Numbered from the whole stretch's first letter, positions 50,000 to 63,902 are shown. The stretch: DNA of 63,902 bases, filler included, from Phoronis australis (GCA_002633005.1; 7 parts of 7 records of this genome joined end to end with filler, not necessarily neighbours in it), one strand, 5' to 3'. The notes: generated by a model not told the origin, from the letters alone. Numbers and translations: made by a program.

Positions 50000-52254
50000 G
50001 CCTTCCTTCTGAAAGGAAAATTTAATGTCACTCAGCTTTTGGCTTTCATTTCACTGGGTTCTAGTTTCAATATCCTATAGAAGCGCTTGTAAAAAAGGTC
50101 CAGTTTCAACACGTGGCTTCCTTTCATGTAACCTCATTCAGCCTCAATAACATCCACAATTAGACCCGCGAAGGTAAACACAGCAGCATATCACTTGAAT
50201 TGTTTTGAGCCCAAAATCAGACTCTGAACTAGACCAGAGTGTGACTAGGTCTTCTTTAGCTTCAGTCCCTCATGTTTCTTCCAGGAAAGGAAATAAGCTA
50301 TTGTCCACACATGACTCATTGCCTATGAAAGGGCATCCTCACCAACAAGGCTTATTTGTGTAGCAGTCAGATANTAGTTCGTCTGGATACACAGACACTC
50401 CACTGGCACATTGTCTTATGGTAACTTAGTACTGCGATTCACATTTATCCAGGGCCACTGACTTCCACATTGTGCCATGCAGCACTGCTGGTGTGTGGAA
50501 GTACTGTGGGAAGAGAACGGAGTAACAAAGCTTGTCTATGATACAGCTTGAAGTGGCCTTAAAATGTCACTGAACCTGGAACAAATATTGAAATATGAAT
50601 AATTAAGTACTCCAGATTGGATCAAAAACGTTATCCCTGTTTTTCAAAAATATATGGTGATTGGTCTACAGTTTAACATAAAAGTAAATAATTACTATTT
50701 TCAGAAACCAAGGGTGTATGTAATGAATATTGCACAAAACTCTTTATTTTTTATCCCTAGCCATAACAATTCTTTAAACGCATCACTTTTCTGTAAAATA
50801 TACAAGTTTTTTGTGACAACTTCAAACCTTTGTTACCCATTTTCAAGCCTTTTTAATTTTGATACTTTCAGCAATTTTAAACTCAGATTACAGGTTCATG
50901 GGTCTGTCAAGCATACTTCTAGCCTAAGGTTGAGGGAACCGTTTTTCTTCTAACAGAGAAGATATGAAGATTTGGGTCATTTAAAAATGATGGATAATCT
51001 TTCTGCTGTTTAAGAGTAATTACAAATCGTAAGGCACCATCAAAATGCAATTTTCCCAAAAATGGCAGTCATTTGAATTTATAACGACGTGCAACATTTC
51101 AAGGCATGATTTAAGACTATTCAGTCACTGTGAATTCGGAAAATGTAATATATTTTCATATTTTCGTGGTTTTACAATTGATACAAGTAGCAAAATAGTT
51201 TCATGAAATCAACGTGAAGGGACTTCGTGAAGGTTAAGAATTACCTCACAATGCTCTTTTCCCCAAACACGTATTACCTGTTATTTCCACATATTCAGTT
51301 GTACCAAATATTACAACCCCCCATGCCAATCCCCCCTCGGGACCTAATTTAACAAAATGACTTTAAAAATAGATGCTCCTTTTCAAAGGCTTTGTTCCTT
51401 GTCTCCAATATTGAAAGTAGGCTTTGACAACAGATCTGCACTGGATGGGAAGATCTTGTTGGTTAGCTGCAGTCAAATGCTAAAAAACAATTTTTGTCCA
51501 TTCAGGGACGGTACAGAAGNCAGATCTGCACTGGATGATGGGAAGATCTTGTTGGTTAGCTGCAGTCAAATGCTAAAAACCAATTTTTGTCCATTCGGGG
51601 ACGGTGCAGAAGCGATGCATATCTCCTCTGCACGGTACAAGCCTTCAAACCTAAAAACCAAAGGTTACGTGAAAACAGACGTGATAGATTTCCAGAAGAC
51701 ATTTGATATGGAGTATAAACAAATAGTCTAATGCAATGGATATTTATCACTCACGTACCCTTTGCCATTGGGATTGGATTGTAATCTTAAGTCATTAACC
51801 TGTATCGAGTTGACAGCATAAACATTCAGCATTGATTGATGTAACTGTCACTGATAAACTTTTACATATCATTCCAAACAATAATAATGCTTTGATGTAC
51901 GAAAAGATCCCGATTGCTACGTCAAGTATGGTATCACATATCACAACATACAAAGACTAACCAGACTCTGGGTGGCGACTGACTGCCGCGAAGCCGACAT
52001 CGGCGAGTGCCTCAGTTAACAGGCATCGGTAGAATAATCATCGAATAATTGTTAAAATAATCACAAACCTTACCTTTGTATGAGGTCGTGCTTACTTCCT
52101 CTCATAGAAGCACCCTTTTTACGCAATCTCGGATTTAGTTGGCACGGCTGCAAGCCATTTCACTATGTATTTAAAGGGCTCGCGAAATCGAGGCTGTTAA
52201 TCTATCACCACTAGTACACGCACGCCCTCTAGTTATTGTAGATTTTCCGAATAG
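50000..52254 (-). mobile_element. Longer copy of the 12190-13370 repeat with a decayed spliced SAP-domain ORF
   Basis: LRKKGASMRGSKHDLIQ(R)|GTAAGG near 52070-52130, an acceptor TTTTAG|G near 51650, and colinear homology to 12190-13370. The left boundary is approximate. Confidence 0.6.
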
Positions 52255-53289
52255 CCCCATTTTCCAACTTTAGTCCTCTGCCGTGGCCTTATTAGGGCTC
52301 ACCAGAAGTGGCGACTTACGTTTTTGGAGTCAGTGAGTAAAAGGCTATCCAACGATGAAAGAAGTTTTGAAATCGGGGTCAAAAAAATTTTAGGCGGGAA
52401 AAAGGTCTCAAAATGACGTCTTTCAACTTTGAACTTGCCGTGTGACCTCATTAATGATCCAATCGAACTCAAACTTGGTAGGCCTTAGTTTCTCGGCATT
52501 CCTCGTCCATCTGAGAAACAATTTTTGTAATTGGGACAAAAATTTTTTCAGCCCCCAAAAACCCCTGGACTATAGGCCTAGGTTTTTTTGGTCGAAAACC
52601 TTTTTGTCTTCGATTTTAAAAATTCTTTGTGCATCTAATAGCCCCTTGTTTCCCCCCTCTACAAATGTAGGTATCATACTTTTCTTGGCCTTAGTAAGGG
52701 CCCAGGAGTGCCCCAAATTCACATACCCCCTTCACAACATCAGAAAAGTTGTGCCAAGATGAACTACGGTTTTTCGAAGTCATATCTTCATCACCAATAA
52801 CCTGAAAGCTACCAAACCGGGACATTTTCAAAGCAACGTTAAGGGCAAGTTTTCAAATGCGTCTTATTTGTAGGTCCCTGTCTCCTGCGGGGTCGAGGTT
52901 TAAGGTCAACGTCACAGACTACCCCCTAATTTTCCAAATTTAGTCCTCTGCCGTGGCCTTATTAGGGCTCACCAGAAGTGGCGACTTACGTTTTTGGAGT
53001 CAGTGAGTAAAACGCTATGCAACGATGAAAGAAGTTTTGAAATCGGGGTCAAAAAAATTTTAGGCGGGAAAAAGGTCTCAAAATGACGTCTTTCAACTTT
53101 GATCCTGCCGTGTGACCTCATTAATGATCCAATCGAACTCAAACTTGGTAGGCCTTAGTATCTCGGCATTGCTCGTCCATCTGGGAAACAATTTTTGTAA
53201 TTGGAGACAAAAATTTTTTCGGCCCCCAAAAATAACCTGAAAGCTACCAAATCGTGACATTTTCAAAGCAACATTAAGGGCAAGTTTTT
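52255..53289 (-). repeat. ~670-bp satellite (same family as 1-3517) in reverse orientation, second unit internally deleted
   Basis: The reverse complement matches the unit at the start of the window. Confidence 0.95.
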
Positions 53290-56200
53290 TACCCTACCCC
53301 GAAAAACCGAGAATTATACGGAGATTCCGCCTCCTCAATTCAAACGTCCATTGCCGTAAAACTAACCGTTGAATGTCAATGCCCCTCCGTTGCTAGGTCT
53401 TTTGGCTCTTCCGCAGTAGAGGAAAAGAAAAATATCCGATTTCAACGGTTAAGTTTTCGTCAATCGGCGCAAAACCCGCACGACTTTGCCCTACCTTGAA
53501 AAACCGAGAATTTTACGAAGATTCCGCCTCCTCATTTCAAACGTCTATTGCCGGGAAACTAAATGTTGAAAATCGATGCCCCTTCGTTCCTATTTCTTCT
53601 GGTCCTTCCTCCGTAAAGGAAAGGAAAAAAACTTGACATTCAACTGTTGGGTTTTCGTCAATCGTTGCAAAACCCCGCACAGCTTTGCCCTACCTCGAAA
53701 AACCGAGAATTTTTCGGAGATTCCGCCTCCTCCAATTGAAACGTCTATTGCCGGAAAACTAATCGTTGAAAATCGATGCCCCTCTGTTGATAGGTTCTCT
53801 AGCCCTCCCCCAATAAAGGAAAAAAAATGTCTTTCAACCTTTGGGTTTTCGTCAATTGGCGCAAAACCCGCACCACTTTGCCCTACCTCGAAAAACCGAG
53901 AATTTTATGGAGATTCCGCCTCCTCATTTCAAACGTCTATTGCCGGAAAACTAACCGTTGAAAATTGATGCCCCTCTATTACTAGGTTCTCTAGCCCTCC
54001 CCCAGTAAAGGAAAAGAAAAAAATGTCTTTCAACTGTTGGGTTTTCGTCAATCAGCGCAAAACCCCACACGACTTTGCCCTACAACGAAAAACCGAGAAT
54101 TTTACGGAGATTCTGCCTCTTCAATTCAAACGTCTATTGCCCGAAAACTAAACGTTGAAAATCGATGCATCTCCGTTCCTAGGTTTTCTGGCCCTCCCCC
54201 AGTAAAGGAAAAGAAAAAAATTGACTTTCAACGGTTGAGTTTTCGTCAATCAGCGCAAAACCCCGCACGACTTTGCCCTACCCCGAAAAACCGAGAATTT
54301 TATGGAGATTCCGCCTCTTCACTTCAAACGACTATAGCCGGAAAATTGACCGTTGAAAGTCGATGCCCCTCCGTTCCTAGGTCCTCTGGCCATTGCTCAG
54401 TAGAGTAAAAGAAAAATAAGTGGCTTTCAACGGTTAAGTTTTCTTCAATCGGCGAAAAACCGCGCACGACTTTGCCATACCTCGAAAAACCGAGAATTTT
54501 TCCGAGATTCCGCCTCCTCGTTTCAAACGTCTATTGCCGGAAAACTAACCGTTGAAAATCGATGCCCCTCTGTTCCTAGGTTCTCTATCCCTCCCCCAAT
54601 AAAGGAAAAGAAAAAATTGTCTTTCAACCTTTGGGTTTTCGTCAATTGGCGCAAAACCCGCACCACTTTGCCCTACCTCGATAAACCGAGAATTTTACGG
54701 AGATTCCGCCTCCTCAATCAAACGTATTTGCCGGAAAATTAACTGTTGAAAATCGATGCCCCTCCGTTCCCAGGTTCTCTGGCCCTCCCTTAGTAAAGGA
54801 TCATAATTAAACTTGACTTTCAACGGTTGGATTTTCGTCAATTGGCGCAAAACCCGCACCACTTTGCCCTACCTCGAAAAACCCGGAATTTTACGGAGAT
54901 TCCGCCTCCTCACTCCAAACGTCTATTGCCGGAAAAATAACTGTTGAAAATCGATGCCCTACCGTTCCTAGGTCCTCTGGCCATTCCTCAGTTGAGGAAC
55001 AGAAAAGTAATTGACTTTTAACGTTTAAGTATTCGTCAATCGGCGAAAAACCGCGCACGACTTTTCGAAAAACGGAGAATTTTACGGAGATTCCGTCTCC
55101 TCATTTCAAACGTCTATTGCGTGAAATCAAACAGTTGAAAATCGATGCATCTCCGTTCCTAGGTTCTCTGGCCCTCCCCCAGTAAAGGAAAAGAAAAAAA
55201 TTCTCTTTCAACGGTTAAGGGTTCGTCAATCAGCGTATACCCCGCACGACTTTGCCCTACCCCGAAAAACCGAGAATTTTACAGAGATTCCGCCTCTTCA
55301 ATTCAAACGTCTATAGCCGGAAAATTAACCGTTGAAAATCGATGCCCCTCCGTTTCGAGGTTCTCTGGCCCTCCCTTAGTAAAGGAACAGAAATAAAATT
55401 GACTTTCAACGTTTAAGTTTTCGTCAAACGGCGAAAAACCGCGCACGACTTAGCCCTACATCGAAAAACCTAGAATTTTACGGAGATTCCGTCTCCTCAC
55501 TTCAAACGTCTATTGCCTGAAATCAAACCGTTGATAATCGACGCCCTTCCGTTCCTAGGTCTTCAGGCCATTCCTCAGTAGAGGAAAAGAAAAATAATTG
55601 ACTTTCAACGTTTAAGTTTTATTCAATCGGCGAAAAACCGCGCACGACTTTGCCCTACCTCGAAAAACCGAGAATTTTTCGGAGATTGCGCCTCCTCAAT
55701 TGAAACGTCTATTGCCGGAAAACTAATTGTTGAAAATCGATGCCCTTCTGTTCCTAGATTCTCTAGCCCTCCCCCAATAAAGGAAAAAAAATGTCTTTCA
55801 GCCTTTGGGTTTTCGTCAATTGGCGCAAAACCCGCACCTCTTTGCCCTACCTCGAAAAACCGAGAATTTTACGGAGATTCTGCCTCTTCAATTCAAACGT
55901 CTATTGCCGGAAAATTAAACGTTGAAAATCTATGACCCTCCGTTCCTAGGATCTCTGGCCATCCCCCAATAAAGGAAAAGAAAAAACAAATGTCTTTCAA
56001 TGGTTGGGTCTTCGGCAATCAGCGCAAAACCCCGCACGACTTTGCCCTACCCCGAAAAACCGAGAATTTTACGGAGATTCCGCCTCTTCATTTCAAACGT
56101 CTATTGATGGAAAATTAACCGTTAAAAATCGATGCCCCCCTGTTCCTAGGTTGTCTGGCCCTTCCTTAGTAAAGGAACAGAAATAAACTTGACTTTCAAC

Positions 56201-59200
56201 GTTTAAGTTTTCGTCAATCGGCGAAAAACCCGCACGACTTTGCACTACCTCGAAAAACCGATAATTTTACGGAGATTCCGATGCCTCAGTTCAAGTTTCA
56301 ATTGCCGGAAAACTAAAAGTTGAAAATCGATGTCTTTCCGTTCCTAGGTTCTCTGGCCCTCCCTTAGTAAAGGAACAGAAATAAACTTGACTTTCAACGT
56401 TTAAATTTTCGTCAATCGGCTAAAAACCGCGCACGACTTAGCCCTACCTCTAAAAACCTAGAATTTTACGGAGATTCCGTCTCCTCATTTCAAACGTCTA
56501 TTGCCTGAAATCAAACAGTTGATAATCGATACCGCTCCGTTCCTAGGTCCTCTGACCACTCCTCAGTAGATGAAATGAAAAATAATTGACTTTCAACAGA
56601 CAAGTTTTCGTCAATCGGCGAAAAACCGCGCACGACTTTGCCCTACCTCGAAAAACCGAGAATTTTTCGGAGAATCCACCTATTATGTTCAAACGTCTAT
56701 TGCCTGGAATCTAACCGTTGAAAATCGATGCCCCTCCGTTCCAAGGTTCTCTGGCTATCCCTTAGTAAAGGAACAGAAATAAACTTGACTTTTAACAGTT
56801 GGGTTTTTGTCAATCGGCGAAAAACCGCGCACGATTTTGCCCTACCTCGAAAAACCGAGAATTTTTTGGAGATTCCGCTTCCTCATTTCAAACGTCTATT
56901 GCCGGAAAATTAACCTTTGAAAATCGCTGCCCCTCCGTTCCTAGATTCTCTGGCCATACCTCAGTAAAGGAAAAGAAAAATAATTGACTTTCAACGGTGA
57001 AATTTTCGTCAATCGGCAAAAAACCGCGCACGACTTTGCCATACCTCGAAAATCCGAGAATATTTCGGAGATTCCGCTTCCTCACTTCAAACGTCTACTG
57101 CCGGAAAATTAACAGTTGAAAATCGCTCCCCCTCCGTTCCTAAATTCCCTGGCCATCCCTCAGTAAAGGAAAAGAAAAAAATTGTGTTTGAACGGTTGGG
57201 TTTTCGTCAATCGGCGCAAAAACCGCACCACTTTGCCCTACCTTGAAAAGCTGAGAATTTTACGGAGATTCCGCCTCCTCATTCTAAACGTCTATTGCCG
57301 AAAAACTAACGTTGAAAATCGATGCCCCTCGGTTCCTTGGACATCTGGCCAAACCTCAGTAGAGGAAAAGAAAAATAATTGACTTTCAAAGGTTATTTTT
57401 TCGTCAATCGGCGAAAAACCCCGCTCGACTTTGCCCAACCGAGAAAAAACGAGAATTTTACGGAGACTCCGCCTCTTCAATTCAAATGTCTATTGCCGGA
57501 AAACTAACCGTTGAAAATCGATGCTCCTCGGTTCCTTGGTCCTCTGGCCATTCCTCAGTAGAGGAAAAGTAAAATGGTTGACTTTCAACGGATAAGTTTT
57601 CGTCAATCGGCGAAAAACCGCGCACGACTTAGCCTTACCTCGAAAAACCGATAATTTTACGGAAATTCCGCCTCCTCACTTCAAACGTCTATTGCCGAAA
57701 AACTAACCGTTGAAAATCAATGCTCCTCGGTTCCTTGGTCCTCTGGCCATTCCTCAGTAGAGAAAAATAAAAATAATTGACTTTGAAAGGTTAAGTTTTC
57801 GTCAATCGGCGAAAAACCCCGCACGACTTTGCCCAACCGAGAAAAAACGAGAATTTTACGGAGACTCCGCCTCTTCAATTCAAACGTCTATTGCCGGAAA
57901 CTTAATCGTTGAAAATCGATGCCCCTCCGTTCCTGGGTTCTCTGTCCCACCTTTAGTAAAGGAACAGAAATAAACTTGACTTTCAACGGATAAGTTTTCG
58001 TCAATTGGCGAAAAACCGCGCACGACTTAGCCTTACCTCGAAAAACCGAGAATTTTACGAATATTCCGTCTCCTCACTCCAAACGTCTATTGCCTGAAAT
58101 CAAAATGTTGAAAATCGATGCCCCTCCGTTCCAAGGTCCTCTGACCATTCCTCAGTAGATGTAAAGAAAAATAATTTACTTTCAACCGTAGGGTTTTCGT
58201 CAGTCGGCGCAAAACCCGCACCACTTTGCCCTACCTTGAAAAGCAGAGAATTTTACGGAGATTCCGCCTCCTCACTCTAAACGTCTATTGCCGAAAAACT
58301 AACCGTTGAAAATCGATGCCCCTAGGTTCTTTGTCCTCTGGCCATTCCTCAGTAGAGGAAAAGTAAAATAGTTGACTTTCAACGGTTAAGTTTTCGTCAA
58401 TCGGCGAAAAACCGCGCACGACTTAGCCTTACCTCGAAAAACCGATAATTTTACGGAGATTCCGCCTCTTCATTTCAAACGTCTATTGCCGTAAAACTAA
58501 CCGTTGAAATACGATGCCCCTCCGTTCCTTGGACCTCTGGACATACCTCAGTAGAGGAAAAGAAATAGAATTGACTTTCAAAGCTAATTTTTTCGTCAAT
58601 CGGCGAAAAACCCCGCACGAATTTGCCCAACCGAGAAAAAACGAGAATTTTACGGAGACTCCGACTCTTCAATTCAAACGTCTATTGCCGGAAACTTAAT
58701 CGTTGAAAATCGATGCCCCTCCGTTCCTAGGTCCTCTGGCCATGCCACAGTAAAGTGAAAGAAAAATAACTGACTTTCAACTGTGAAGTTTTCGTCAATG
58801 GGCGAAAAACCGTCCACGACTTTGCCCTACCTCGAAAAACCGAGAATTTTTCGGAGATTCCGCCTCCTCACTTCAAACGTCTATTGCCTGAGATCTAAAC
58901 GTTGAAAATCGACGCCCCTCCGTTCCTAGGTTCTCCGGCCCCCCCTTAGTAAAGGAACATCAATAAACTCGACTTTCAACGGTTGGGTTTTCGTCAATGG
59001 GCGCAAAACCCGCACGAGTTTGCACGGAGATTCCGCCTCCTCACTTCAAACGTCTATTGCCGGAAAACTAACCGTTGAAAATCGATGACCCTCCATTCCT
59101 AGGTCCTCTGGCCCTACCTCAGTAGAGGAAAAGAAAAATAGTTGGCTTTCAACGCTTAAGTTTTCCTCAATTGCGAAACAGTTGGGTTTTCGTCAATCGG

Positions 59201-61612
59201 CGAAAAACCCCGTACGACTTTGCGCTACCTCGAAAAACCCAGAATTTTACGGAGATTCCGCCTCTTCACTTCAAACGTATATTGCCGGAAAATTAACAGT
59301 TGAAAATCGATGCTCCTCCGTTCCTAGGTTCTCTGGCCCTCCCTTAGTAAAGGAACAGAAATGAACTTGACTTTCAACGGTTGGGTTTTCGTCAATGGGC
59401 GTAAAACCCGCATCACTTTGCCCTACCTTGAAAAGCCGAGAATTTTACGGAGATTCCGCCTCCTCATTCTAAACGTCTATTGCCGAAAAACTAACCTTTG
59501 AAAATCGATGCCCATCCGTTCCTTGGACTTCTGGCCATTCCTCAGTAGAGAAAAAGAAAAATAATTGACTTTGAAATGTTAAGTTTTCGTCAATCGGCGA
59601 AAAACCCCGCACGACTTTGCCCTACCTCGAAAAACCGAGTATCCTCACTTCAAACGTCTATTGCCTGATATCTAAACGATGAAAATCGATGCCCCTCCGT
59701 TCTTATGTTCTCTGGCCAACCCTTAGTAAAGGAACAGAAATAAACTTGACTATCAACGGATAAGTTTTCGTCAATCGGCGAAAAACCGCGCACGTCTTAG
59801 CCTTACCTTCAAAAACCGAGAATTTTACGAATATTCCGTCTCCTCACTTCAAACGTCTATTGCCTGAAATCAAAAAGTTGAAAATCGATGCCCCTCCGTT
59901 CCAAGGTCCTCTGGCCACTCCTCAGTAGAAGTAAAGAAAAATAATTTACTTTTAACGGTAGGGTTTTCGTCAATCGGCGCAAAACCCGCACCACTTTGCC
60001 CTACCTCGAAAAACCGAGAATTTTTCGGAGATTCCGCCTCCTCATTCTAAACGTCTATTGCCGAAAAACTAACGTTGAAAATCGATGCCCCTCGGTTCCT
60101 TGGACCTCTGGCCAAACCTCAGTAGAGGAAAAGAAAAATAATTGACTTTCAAAGGTTATTTTTTCGTCAATCGGCGAAAAACCCCGCTCGACTTTGCCCA
60201 ACCGAGAAAAAACGATAATTTTACGGAGATTCCGCCTCTTCATTTCAAACGTCTATTGCCGAAAAACTAACCGTTGAAAATCGATGCCCCTCCGTTCCTT
60301 GGACCTCTAGCCACACTTCAGTAGAGGAAAAGAAATAGAATTGACTTTCAAAGCTTATTTTTCCGTCAATCGGCGAAAAACCCCGCACGAATTTGCCCAA
60401 CCGAGAAATAACGAGAATTTTACGGAGACTCCGACTCTTCAATTCAAACGTCTATTGCCGGAAACTTAATCGTTGAAAATCGATGCCCCTCCGTTCCTAG
60501 GTCCTCTGGCCATGCCACAGTAAAGTGAAACAAAAATAACTGACTTTCAACTGTGAAGTTTTCGTCAATAGGCGAAAAACCGCCCACGACTTTGCCCTAA
60601 CTCGAAAAACCGAGAATTTTTCGGAGATTCCGCCTCCTCACTTCAAACGTCTATTGCCTGAGATCTAACCGTTGAAAATCGACGCCCCTCCGTTCCTAGG
60701 TTCTCCGGCCCCCCCTTAGTAAAGGAACATCAATAAACTCGACTTTCAACGGTTGAGTTTTCGTCAATGGGCGCAAAACCCGCACGAGTTTGCACGGAGA
60801 TTCCGCCTCCTCACTTCAAACGTCTATTGCCGGAAAACTAACCGTTGAAAATCGATGACCCTCCATTCCTAGGTCCTCTGGCCCTACCTCAGTAGAGGAA
60901 AAGAAAAATAGTTGGCTTTCAACGCTTAAGTTTTACTCAATTGCGAAACAGTTGGGTTTTCGTCAATCGGCGAAAAACCCCGTACAACTTTGCGCTACCT
61001 CGAAAAACCGAGAATTTTACGGAGATTCCGCCTCTTCACTTCAAACGTATATTGCCGGAAATTAACCGTTGAAAATCCATGCCCCTCCGTTCCTAGGTCC
61101 TCTGGCTATTCCACAGTAAAGAGAAAAAAATAACTGACTTTCAACTGTGAAGTTTTCGGTAATGGGCGAAAAACCGCGCACGACTTTGCCCTACCTCGAA
61201 AAACCGAGTATTTTTCGGAGATTCCGTCTCCTCACTTCAAACGTTTATTGCCTGAGATCTAAACGATGAAAATCGACGCCCCTCCGTTCCTAGGTTCTCC
61301 GGCCCTCCCTTAGTAACGGAACATAAGTAAACTCGACTATCAACGGTTGGGTTTTCGTCAATGGGCGCAAAACCCGCACGACTTTGCACGGAGATTCCGC
61401 CTCCTCACTTCAAACGTCTATTGCCGGAAAACTAATCGTTGAAAATCGATGCCCCTCCATTCCTAGGTCCTCTGGCCCTACTTCAGTAGAGGAAAAAAAA
61501 ATAGTTGGCTTTCAACGCTTAAGTTTTCCTCAATTGCGAAACAGTTGGGTTTTCGTCAATCGGCGAAAAACCCCGCACGACTTTGCTCTACCTCGAAAAA
61601 CCGAGAATTTTA
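53290..61612. repeat. ~197-bp satellite array, roughly 42 diverged monomers
   Basis: AAAAACCGAGAATTTTACGGAGATTCCGCCTCCTC..CAAACGTCTATTGCCGGAAAA recurs about every 197 bp. Confidence 0.98.
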
Positions 61613-62368
61613 CTGAGATTACTTTTCTAATATCAATTGGAGAGATTGGTTCAAAATCAAATCTGCATGTAGCAGCGGAGTCACGATCTAAAAAAACACA
61701 CAATGGTTCAATCAATAGATTATTTAGATATTTTATTATTTTCATAGATATGCCATCATGACCACAGGTAAGTTTAGCTGGAAAAGAATTAATTACTTTT
61801 CTAATATCAATTGGAGAGATTGGTTCAAAATCAAATCTGCATGTAGCAGCGGAGTCACTATCTAAAAAAGACATGTGTTAGATACTTGAAGAATGAATAG
61901 GTAGGGAGTGTGAGGCAATATTACTAAAATAATTATTAAAATGATTAACAATCTCACCCTCGTCACAAACTATTTCATCATTTATCTTCAATCTAGTAGG
62001 ATTATTCGATATGACATTTCTATTCAGTAAATTATTAATTTCTTTCCAAGTGTCCTTGGGAGAACCAGCATGTGCCCGAAACTGGTTGTGATAATAAAGT
62101 CTCTTAGCCCTTTTCAAAACTTTTTTTAGAATAATGTTATAGGTTTTTAGGTTTGTTTTTAATGAGACATAATTAATAGCACTTTGAGGGGTTGACTTAA
62201 GTCGTTTATAAAGCCTGTCTCTAAACCTAAGAGAGTTTAAAATACCTTGGGAGATCCAAATATTCTTTTTGTGCTTATATTTATTGAATCACACTTTTCT
62301 TACTGTATTGAACTTATTTAAACAAGCAAGAACAGAGTCCTGAAGTAAATTGTAATTCATATTGGGAT
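61613..62368 (-). mobile_element. LINE ORF2 fragment (region between endonuclease and RT)
   Basis: KRAKRLYYHNQF..KDTWKEINNLL..IVNHFNNYFSNIA..FDFEPIS..GHDGISMKIIK, with a small internal duplication at ~61617-61693 / 61791-61867. Confidence 0.85.
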
Positions 62369-62468
62369 NNNNNNNNNNNNNNNNNNNNNNNNNNNNNNNN
62401 NNNNNNNNNNNNTTAATTAATTAANNNNNNNNNNNNNNNNNNNNNNNNNNNNNNNNNNNNNNNNNNNN

Positions 62469-63902
62469 GCCTCCGATGGTGTCCGCAGGCGTCCGATAGC
62501 CTCCTCTGGCCTCCGCTTGCCTCCGCTGGCCTCCGCTGGCCTCCGCTGGTCTCCGCTGGCCTCCACTGGCCTCCAATGGCCTTGGATGGTGTCCGCAGGA
62601 ATCCGCTGGCCTCCGCTGCCGTCCACTGGGCCCCACTGGCCTCTACTGCCCTCCAGTAACATCCACTGGCCCCCACATGCCTCCGCTGACCTCCTCTGGC
62701 CTCCGCTGGCTTCCGCTGGCCTCCACTGGCCTCCCGTGGCCTCCACTACATTCCAGTAACATCCACTGGCCTCCACATGCCTCCGCTGGCGTCTGCTGGC
62801 CTCCGCTGGCCTTCGCTGGCCTTCGCTGGCCTCCGATGGCCTCCGCTGGCCTCCGATGGCCTCCGCTGGCCTCTGCTGTCCTCCGCTGGCCTCCGCCGTC
62901 CCCCGCTGGCCTCCGCCGGCCTCCGCCGGCCTCCGCCGGCCTCCGCCGGCCTCCGCTGGCGTCCACTAGGCCCCACTGGCCTCCAGTGGCCTCCATTGGC
63001 ATCTACTGGCCTCCACTGGCCTCCACTGGCCTCCAGTGGCCTCCACTTTCCTCCACGGGCCTCCACGGGCCTCCACGGGCCGCCACTGGCCTAGACTGGC
63101 CTCCACTGGCGTCCACTTGGCCCCACTGGCCTCCACTGGCCTCCAGTTGCATCCACTGGCCTCCACTGGCCTCCAGTGGCCTCCACTTTCCTCCACGGGC
63201 CTCCACGGGCCGCCACTGGCCTCCACTGGCCTCCACTGGCGTCCACTGGGCCCCACCGGGCTCCAGTTGCCTCCAGTGGCATCCACTGGCCTCCACTGAC
63301 CTCCAGTGGCCTCCACTTTCCTCCACGGGCTTCCACGGGCCGCCACTGGCCTCCACTGCCGTCCACTGGCCTCCACCGGCCTCCACTGGCCTCCACTGGG
63401 CTCCACTGGCATGCACTGGCCTCCACTGGCATGCACTGGCCTCCACGGGACTCTACGGGCCTCCAATGGCCTATACTTACCTCCAATGGCCTCCACTGAC
63501 CTCCATTGTCCTCCACTGGCCTCCGCAGGCCTATACTGGCCTCCGCTGGCCTCCGCTGGCGTCCACTGGGCGCCAGTGCCCTCCACATCCCCTCACTGGC
63601 CTTCACTGGCCTCCTCTGGCCTCCACTGGACTCCACTGGCCTCCGCTGGCCTCCACTGGCCTACACTGGTCTCCACTGGCCTCCACTGGCTTCAACTGGC
63701 ATCCACTGGCCTTCACGGGCCTCCACTGGCCTCCTCCGGCCTCCGATGGTCTCCACAGGCCTCCGCTAGCCTCCTCTGGCCACCGGTTGCCTCCGCTGGC
63801 CTCTGCTGGCGTCCGCTGCCCTCCGCTGGCTTCCACTGGCCTCCTCTGGCCTCCACTGGCCTCCACTGGGCTCCACTGGCATGCACTGGCCTCCACTGGC
63901 AT
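62469..63902. repeat. GC-rich 10-bp minisatellite (GGCCTCCACT/GGCCTCCGCT)n
   Basis: Decamer periodicity throughout. Confidence 0.98.

Noticed and set aside
51430-51612. ~90-bp tandem duplication
   Set aside because: It is centred on a single N (51520) and is likely an overlap artefact.
53576-61761. ORFs in the 197-bp array
   Set aside because: The unit length is not a multiple of 3, frames are inconsistent, and no domain is recognisable.
62413-63902. Long repetitive ORFs (EASGGQWRPV)n
   Set aside because: The stop-poor decamer repeat is open in many frames on both strands, with no coding evidence.

Overview
Repeat-rich invertebrate animal genomic DNA with spliceosomal GT-AG exons, so it is not prokaryotic; the species cannot be determined. 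The window is a concatenation of contigs joined by 100-bp N spacers carrying an artificial TTAATTAATTAA linker, so adjacency across those spacers is meaningless. Host gene pieces: three tandem-duplicated FN3 exons (minus strand), an orphan FN2-type exon, two Kunitz exons with a 27-nt linker microexon, the first coding exon of an SLC22-type transporter, and three coding exons of SUB1/PC4. Each FN3 exon is followed on the same strand by what appears to be a decayed Mab-21/cGAS-like (cGLR) reading frame, two copies of which show a hydrophobic N-terminal block; this is the most intriguing signal but rests on motifs read by eye. The rest is repeats: ~670-bp, ~197-bp, 31-bp and 10-bp satellites, an RT-deleted Gmr1-order Gypsy element, Penelope, LINE, hAT and Kolobok/THAP relics, MITEs with 5-bp TSDs, and a Helentron-type element carrying CTCF-like motifs. 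TACATGTA is strongly enriched and in two paralog comparisons is a CATGTA insertion at TA, consistent with a Tc1/mariner excision footprint.
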